From Desulfosarcina sp. (GTDB lineage Bacteria > Desulfobacterota > Desulfobacteria > Desulfobacterales > Desulfosarcinaceae), in contig JAWOIA010000075.1 of assembly GCA_046484885.1 (NCBI GenBank), positions 26,689-58,688 of the forward strand: a stretch of 32,000 bases of DNA, in the 5' to 3' direction. The notes below the pieces were generated by a model. That model was not told where the DNA came from. It did not search any database and saw only the letters and a list, made by a program, of their open reading frames with translations. Positions 27,701 to 32,000 of the stretch are shown here, piece by piece. A program made the translations under genes and the position numbers. Numbering within the stretch: the first letter of the stretch is position 1; each line of letters begins with the position of its first letter.

Positions 27701-28207
27701 ATGAAAAGAAGTATGGGTACCCTTGCGTTGGCCGTCGGTTTGAGCCTGTTTTTCAGCTGTGCCACCGGTACGGTAGCCGGCAACGTTTCCCCTGCACAAA
27801 ACGCCTCTTATGAGCGAGCCGGCTTCGAAACCAGGATTGACAAGGGCGGCCGGCTGTGGGTGTTTGAATCCGGCAGTAAGGCCCTGGCCGACTACGACGG
27901 CAAGGGCGCCCCGGCGAAGCACATCGTTCGACCCCTGGCCGGACCCGGCGGCATCACCCTGAAGGCGGCTGATGGCCACACCATCGACGCCTACCTCCTG
28001 GCCCGCCCCGGCTTCGTTACCCGCATCGACAAACGGGGCCATCTGTGGGTGTTTGAATCCGGCAGCCAGGCCCTGGCCGACTACGACAGCAAGGGCGCAC
28101 CGGCGAAGCACACCGTTCGACCATTGGCCGGACCCAAACAAATGACCATCAAGGCAGTTGACGGCGCAATCATTGACCAGTACCTGCAGGCTGCGCCCTA
28201 TCTCTAA
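27701..28207 (+). CDS. Exported (possibly lipo-) protein made of two tandem ~61-aa repeats, 168 aa, unknown family
   Basis: AAAGGAGAA RBS before ATG 27701. Signal peptide MKRSMGTLALAVGLSLFFSC. Repeat 1 is aa 41-101 (27821-28003) and repeat 2 is aa 104-164 (28010-28192), identical at 46/61 positions by hand alignment. Confidence 0.7.
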   Translation: MKRSMGTLALAVGLSLFFSCATGTVAGNVSPAQNASYERAGFETRIDKGGRLWVFESGSKALADYDGKGAPAKHIVRPLAGPGGITLKAADGHTIDAYLLARPGFVTRIDKRGHLWVFESGSQALADYDSKGAPAKHTVRPLAGPKQMTIKAVDGAIIDQYLQAAPYL

Positions 28208-28239
28208 TCAGGGTCCTTCATCCTTGACCATCGTTTGCG

Positions 28240-28277
28240 CAGCGACCGGTCCGGTTGATCAGCCGGGCCGGTCGCTG
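28240..28277. terminator. Strong GC-rich hairpin between convergent genes (likely bidirectional terminator)
   Basis: cagcgaccgg (28240-28249) pairs perfectly with ccggtcgctg (28268-28277). The inner tccgg/ccggg extends the stem to about 15 bp, with loop ttgatcag. There is no clean U-tract. Confidence 0.5.
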
Positions 28278-28305
28278 GTGTTCAAAACGTGGCCGCCATT
28301 TCAGG

Positions 28306-29004
28306 TTATTGAATGATCCCGGTTACATGGATCGGGATGGTGGGCCGCAGGGCGCTGTCGGTGTGCAGGTACACGGTATCGACATACCGCCCGGGCTCCT
28401 GCCGGGTGTTTTCGATGCGGATAGACCAGTCCCTCAACCCGTCGCCGCTGCGCTGGACCAATTCATAGGTGATGAACTCCCCGCGCCGGGCCTGGATTCG
28501 TTTGATCGTAAAGGGGTAATCCGCTCGAGGGACGATCGCCACCTCTACGGCCAGCAGGCTTCCGGCCGGGCCGGCCAGGCGCACCCGTTCCGGGCGGATG
28601 TCGGCGAACTTTTCCACTATTCCGGTTACGGCCACCTCAATCCAGGGCCGGTCGGGGTCGTCGGTCTGGATGCGCACCCGCTCCCGGATGGTCCGCCCCC
28701 CGTAGCCGCTGGTATTGAACTTGACCTGGATCGTTCCCTCCTGCCCGGGAGGGATCCGCCGCGTGCTCGAGGCGGTGGTGCACCCTCACCCGGATTTGAT
28801 GTTCAGGATATTCAAAATCTCGTCGCCCCGGTTGTGCAGAATGAAATCGTACAAAATCGGGACCCCCTCCACCACCGTTCCAAACTCAAAGAGACTTTCG
28901 GCAAGAAAGGCTTCCGGAGCAGGGCCGACAGGGTCAGCTGTGCTCAACGCCGGCGCGAGCAGGATACTCAAAATGATCCAACCGTACAGAGCCTTGCTGA
29001 ACAT
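28306..29004 (-). CDS. Exported DUF1573-domain protein with in-frame TGA (28786-28788) at the conserved C-G-C motif: candidate selenoprotein (232 codons); the alternative reading is a nonsense pseudogene
   Basis: Track ORFs 28786..29004 and 28306..28677 are in the same frame and are separated only by the TGA plus 36 open codons. The joined product is MFSKALYGWIILSILLAPALSTA...FEFGTVVEGVPILYDFILHNRGDEILNILNIKSG[TGA]GCTTASSTRRIPPGQEGTIQVKFNTSGYGGRTIRERVRIQTDDPDRPWIEV.... It matches the DUF1573 pattern with the TGA at the first Cys of SCGCT. AAGGAGA lies 5 nt before ATG 29004. Confidence 0.55.
28735..28794 (-). promoter_or_regulatory. Candidate bacterial SECIS-like hairpin embedding the TGA
   Basis: Hand-folded mRNA. 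The pairings are UCCGGG/CCCGGG (6 bp), G:C, GGGU/AUCC, CCGCC/GGCGG and CG/CG, closing an AGCA apical loop 19-22 nt after the UGA. A competing hairpin UCCCUCC-CGGGCA-GGAGGGA lies at 28735-28754. Confidence 0.35.
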
Positions 29005-29014
29005 GGTGTCTCCT

Positions 29015-29620
29015 TTACTCGTGTGAATCCGGACGGCTCGCTTCCAATTCCGCCATCAGCGCATCGACGCCGGTTGCAATGCTGCGGCCGCCGCTGTAGC
29101 GGGTCATCTCCTGGTCCGGTCGGGTCACGACACAGGTGGGGGTGCTTTTGACTTCAAAGCGGTTGATCAGTGCCACCCACTGGTCGAATAGGGGCTTGAC
29201 ATCCAGCAGCGCCAGCGGGATGTGGTTTTGCCTGAGCGCCTGGATCAGGTCGCCTTCTGAATGCACCGTTTTGGCCTTGGCGATATCAAACAAAACTTGT
29301 CGAATTCGTAAAATGTCGGCAAAGCTGCTGGACGCATTGGCCGCGTAAAGGAAATAGCGCGAAAAAACCGGTGTCAGCGCATAGATGGGCATATCCACAA
29401 AAGTGATTCTGGCGCCCATCTGGTGCAGTTTCACCAAAGCGTCGTCCAGGTAGGGCTCCACCGCCCGGCAGGGCGGGCAGAAATAATCCGTGAAAATAAG
29501 AACTTCGATCGGCCCGCAACCGTAAGAAAAAAGGCTGCGCGGCGCCTGACCCGCCGAAGCCGGCGCGCTTGCCAAAAACAAGCACACCATCAACAGAATC
29601 ATTGGGCCGGTTCGCGACAC
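29015..29620 (-). CDS. Exported DsbA-like thioredoxin-fold oxidoreductase (CPPC), 201 aa
   Basis: Signal peptide MSRTGPMILLMVCLFLASAPASAG. IEVLIFTDYFCPPCRAVEPYL active-site context and a C-terminal VKSTPTCVV cis-Pro-type loop. GTG start with AAGGAGG upstream. Its TAA stop overlaps the RBS of the DUF1573 gene. Confidence 0.75.
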   Translation of the reverse strand: MSRTGPMILLMVCLFLASAPASAGQAPRSLFSYGCGPIEVLIFTDYFCPPCRAVEPYLDDALVKLHQMGARITFVDMPIYALTPVFSRYFLYAANASSSFADILRIRQVLFDIAKAKTVHSEGDLIQALRQNHIPLALLDVKPLFDQWVALINRFEVKSTPTCVVTRPDQEMTRYSGGRSIATGVDALMAELEASRPDSHE

Positions 29621-29760
29621 ATTGCCTCCTTGATCGGTACGATGAGTTGTGTTGGCGTCATTTTTTTACCTGGGGCGCCCGCGGCAGCCATAACCACACC
29701 GGCCGTCATCCACTGGTTAACCCCGATAAAAAAGCTGATCAACCATCTCTCGAAAAACCC

Positions 29761-30747
29761 CTATTGGTGTTTTTGGTTCGCAATGCCGGAACCGCTTTGA
29801 TCTTTTGGTTCAACCCCAATCCGGGCGAGCTGTTTGAGGACCTCGGGTTCCGGGAAGAAACCCACGTTTCGAAACGTTTCCCGGCCCGTGGCATCGTAAA
29901 ACACCTGAACCGGGATGGACCGAACGCCATAGCGGGCCGCCAGGAGTTGGTCCTCCCCCACATGGACGAACACGACGTTCAACTGCTCCGCAAAGGTATG
30001 GCGCAGCTTCTCCAATATGGGTTGCATCATGTCGCAGGGAACGCAACCGGCGGCGCCAAACTCAACCAGAGTCGGCTTGTTGGAAAGACGGGCCTGATCC
30101 ACTGGATTGTCCAGGGCAAGACGGCTCTGGGATTCCACCCAGCTTGCATCAACGCGCAAATTCACCGATTCCGCCAATGCGGAGATGGTTGTCATGACGG
30201 CGTGCTGCTTTTTCTCTTGGAGCAGATAGTGCCGGATAGCGTCCTGGACCTCTTGGAACGACGCGGCACCGATCATTTCGCGGTTGGACTGGTAAAAGGC
30301 CATAAGCTCGCTTTCGGAAACGGAAACGTCAGCGAACTGGCGCTCGAACCATGTCTGGATGCGTTCATCATCGTCTCCGCTGTTCGGAATAGCGGCTTTG
30401 TCCGCCTCATTCACGAGCATCCGACGGGTGGCTTCCTGATCCAAGATAAAGAGCAGGTGCTTTTCGAGTTGTCCGCGCACTGCGGGCGCTTCCTGATTGA
30501 CGACCGCCATCAGTTCCGCACGCGTAATTTCAATGCCTTCGGCGACTAACAGGATCGATCCGTCCAACGGTTCCAATTTGGCGTAACTCAAAACTCCCAA
30601 GGCCAGCATCGGATATTTGGCCTTCACGGTCAGTTGTTGCGCGCCCTGAACCGTGGCGGCCGTGAGCGCCAAAAACGCACCCAAGAGAAGCCACAGGCCC
30701 AATAACCGGATGCTGCGATGTTTATTCAGTGGTCGGAAAACGTGCAT
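29761..30747 (-). CDS. Exported fusion protein: SurA-N/PpiD-like chaperone domain + C-terminal thioredoxin domain (CVPC), 328 aa
   Basis: Signal peptide ...LLGLWLLLGAFLALTAATVQGA. SurA_N-type block VSESELMAFYQSNREMIGAASFQEVQDAIRHYLLQEKKQ. Trx block PTLVEFGAAGCVPCDMMQPILEKL...YGVRSIPVQVFYD. Confidence 0.7.
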   Translation of the reverse strand: MHVFRPLNKHRSIRLLGLWLLLGAFLALTAATVQGAQQLTVKAKYPMLALGVLSYAKLEPLDGSILLVAEGIEITRAELMAVVNQEAPAVRGQLEKHLLFILDQEATRRMLVNEADKAAIPNSGDDDERIQTWFERQFADVSVSESELMAFYQSNREMIGAASFQEVQDAIRHYLLQEKKQHAVMTTISALAESVNLRVDASWVESQSRLALDNPVDQARLSNKPTLVEFGAAGCVPCDMMQPILEKLRHTFAEQLNVVFVHVGEDQLLAARYGVRSIPVQVFYDATGRETFRNVGFFPEPEVLKQLARIGVEPKDQSGSGIANQKHQ

Positions 30748-30841
30748 GATTACCCTTTCGGCCTTTACGGTGTCATCTTAAACGGGTGATTGTGTTGCTT
30801 TCCACCTTGCAATCGGATCCATCACACCGACAGCGGCGCTG

Positions 30842-31261
30842 TCAGCTCACGCCCAGCTTGGCAAGGTTCTCGACAATCCGTTTTTTGTCCATGAAACCGG
30901 TGTGCCGGTACACTTCCCGTCCGCTGACATCAAAGAAAATTTGGGTCGGAATGGCCCGGATGCCATATTTTTTGGCTTCGGACGGGTCCTTCCACACATC
31001 GATAAAGATGATATCGGCCCTTCCGGCATATTCCCTTTTAAGCTCTTCCAGAATAGGCGCCATCATTTTACAGGGAATGCACTCTGTGGCACCCAGGTCG
31101 ATCATGGTCACCCGGCCGGTGGTTGGTATCGTGGACAAGTCCGGGGCAATGGCCCCGTTCACCTCCGGCCCAAGGGACGCTGAGGGCGGCTGCATCATTT
31201 TGTAGAGCACCAAAAGGGCAACAACGGCCAGGGCTGCAACGAGTATTCGATTCAGCTTCAT
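30842..31261 (-). CDS. Membrane-anchored periplasmic thioredoxin-like protein (CIPC), 139 aa
   Basis: N-terminal TM helix ILVAALAVVALLVLY. Trx fold VTMIDLGATECIPCKMMAPILEEL...YGIRAIPTQIFFD. Confidence 0.8.
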   Translation of the reverse strand: MKLNRILVAALAVVALLVLYKMMQPPSASLGPEVNGAIAPDLSTIPTTGRVTMIDLGATECIPCKMMAPILEELKREYAGRADIIFIDVWKDPSEAKKYGIRAIPTQIFFDVSGREVYRHTGFMDKKRIVENLAKLGVS

Positions 31262-31264
31262 GGT

Positions 31265-31522
31265 TTAAACCTCATCCGCAGAACCAGCCCCCGCGTTGAT
31301 CCAAGCGAGCACCTCTTCTTTCTTGGGTATCTTGCCCACCGACTTGACTTCGCCGTCGATTACCACCGCAGGCGTGCCGAACACCCCGTACCCCGCGATT
31401 TTCATCACGTCGGTGACTTTTTCCACATCCACCGCTACACCGGCCTCGGCAACCGCCTCCCGGACCACGGTTTCCGCCTGTTGGCATCTGGGGCAGCCAG
31501 GTCCCAAAACTTTGATTTCCAT
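31265..31522 (-). CDS. Small thioredoxin-family protein (Thioredoxin_3 / redox-active disulfide protein 2 type, CPRC), 85 aa
   Basis: MEIKVLGPGCPRCQQAETVV...VEKVTDVMKIAGYGVFGTPAVVIDGEV is the typical pattern of this family. AAGGAG RBS. No signal peptide. Confidence 0.8.
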   Translation of the reverse strand: MEIKVLGPGCPRCQQAETVVREAVAEAGVAVDVEKVTDVMKIAGYGVFGTPAVVIDGEVKSVGKIPKKEEVLAWINAGAGSADEV

Positions 31523-31568
31523 AATAAAACTCCTTTAAGTGGTGGTTTTGGTCGGTCAAGCCCAATCG

Positions 31569-31928
31569 TCAGCGCCGGCAAATGGATTCACGATGAAAAT
31601 CGGACAGTCGGGCCAGCAGGACCGCCACCTCGGCGTCCTCCTCCAGCCAGTGACGCAGACTTCCCAACAAGGCACTCGCATAGGGATTGCAGACGCCTTC
31701 TGCCAGCCGATAGTTGACCCACAGCCCCTCTTTGGAAGCGGTGATCAAGCCGGCCTCTTCTAAAACCTTGAGGTGCTTGCTGGTGGTCGACTGCGCCAGA
31801 CCCAAGGCCTCTTGGATTTCACACACGCAAAATTCCCTGCGCTGGAGCAGTTTGACCATCTTGACCCGGTTGGTCTCAGACAGGGCTTTCATGACTTTGA
31901 TAAATTCACGCATATCCCCCCCCGTCAT
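31569..31928 (-). CDS. ArsR/SmtB-family metalloregulatory repressor
   Basis: wHTH with a CVC motif: VKLLQRREFCVCEIQEALGLAQSTTSKHLKVLEEAGLI. The alternative start ATG 31913 (MREF...) is preceded by a G-rich tract. Confidence 0.85.
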   Translation of the reverse strand: MTGGDMREFIKVMKALSETNRVKMVKLLQRREFCVCEIQEALGLAQSTTSKHLKVLEEAGLITASKEGLWVNYRLAEGVCNPYASALLGSLRHWLEEDAEVAVLLARLSDFHRESICRR

Positions 31929-31940
31929 ATCGCTACATGC

Positions 31941-31969
31941 AAATTTATAGATTTACTTCGTTTTGTCAA
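31941..31969 (-). promoter_or_regulatory. Candidate promoter and operator of the arsR-trx cluster
   Basis: On the minus strand: TTGACA (31964-31969), 16-nt spacer, TAAATT (31942-31947). An imperfect 14-bp palindrome AAATTTATAGATTT (31941-31954, 12/14 self-complementary) overlaps the -10. Confidence 0.3.
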
Positions 31970-32000
31970 GAAAAAAAAGGGGCCGCCAACTCATATCGAT

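Noticed and set aside
27821-28192. 189-nt tandem duplication at the DNA level; considered as a VNTR or CRISPR-like repeat.
   Set aside because: There are only two copies, they are in frame and diverged (about 75% at protein level), and they lie inside a gene with a signal peptide and RBS. This is an internal domain duplication, not a repeat array.
28786-28788. Alternative interpretation of the DUF1573 TGA as a simple nonsense mutation (pseudogene) or a sequencing error.
   Set aside because: Not fully rejected. I rank it below the Sec reading for three reasons: the TGA sits exactly on a conserved Cys column, the downstream 444 nt remain open in frame, and a hairpin embeds the codon. It stays the default if the genome lacks selABCD.
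21086-30549. Shadow ORFs in the pst and thioredoxin regions: 21086..21910(-), 22130..23569(-), 23681..24439(-), 24744..25535(-), 27237..27662(-), 27590..28141(-), 28255..29151(+), 29569..30549(+).
   Set aside because: Same reasoning as above: the opposite-strand genes carry signal peptides, ABC motifs or CxxC motifs, while these frames are low-complexity. 28255..29151(+) in particular runs antisense to the DUF1573 and DsbA-like genes.
30829-30843. Perfect 6-bp hairpin (gacagc-ggc-gctgtc) overlapping the TGA stop of the CIPC thioredoxin gene; considered as a second Sec site.
   Set aside because: The loop is only about 10 nt from the TGA. The protein already ends at a normal thioredoxin-fold C-terminus. 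Read-through would add 22 residues with no recognisable motif. It is more likely a small RNA-stability or termination hairpin.
1-32000. Scan for tRNA, rRNA, tmRNA, CRISPR arrays, transposases, integrases, toxin-antitoxin pairs and defence-system genes.
   Set aside because: I found none. All intergenic regions are under 400 nt and show no cloverleaf-like or array-like structure that I could recognise by eye. Gene content is metabolic, transport and redox. tRNAscan-SE and Rfam scans would be the formal check.

Overview
GC-rich bacterial chromosomal window with about 30 well-supported protein genes. I see no rRNA, tRNA, CRISPR, transposase or phage genes. The gene content (non-pyrrolysine MttB-family methyltransferase, fused isobutyryl-CoA mutase IcmF, many exported thioredoxin-fold proteins, a candidate selenoprotein) suggests an anaerobic Desulfobacterota-type organism; this is inference only. 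Layout: (i) 176-3424, minus strand: GNAT-like / SDR epimerase / GT-B-like trio. (ii) 3767-6146: MttB-family methyltransferase plus C-N hydrolase pair. (iii) 6155-6330: a ~176-bp palindromic intergenic element. (iv) RlmK-like methyltransferase and a cupin. (v) 8018-17923: TetR, acyl-CoA dehydrogenase, IcmF, thiolase, 3-hydroxybutyryl-CoA dehydrogenase, XRE-cupin regulator, second acyl-CoA dehydrogenase and an ACT protein, i.e. an isobutyrate/butyrate-type short-chain acyl-CoA cluster. (vi) A small membrane protein, an HD hydrolase and surE-NUDIX. (vii) 21074-28207: pstS-pstC-pstA-pstB with a very long PstC (871 aa, beta-propeller-like periplasmic insert) and PstA (~624 aa); there is no phoU, and a tandem-repeat exported protein sits in its place. 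(viii) 28306-31928, minus strand: an ArsR-headed cluster of four thioredoxin-fold proteins ending in a DUF1573 protein. The conserved C-G-C motif of that DUF1573 protein carries an in-frame TGA (U-G-C) embedded in a hairpin. This is the most interesting signal in the window: a candidate selenoprotein inside what looks like a dedicated periplasmic thiol/selenol redox module. Short dispersed intergenic repeats are also present. All calls rest on my reading of the sequence and ORF track; no searches or folding programs were run.
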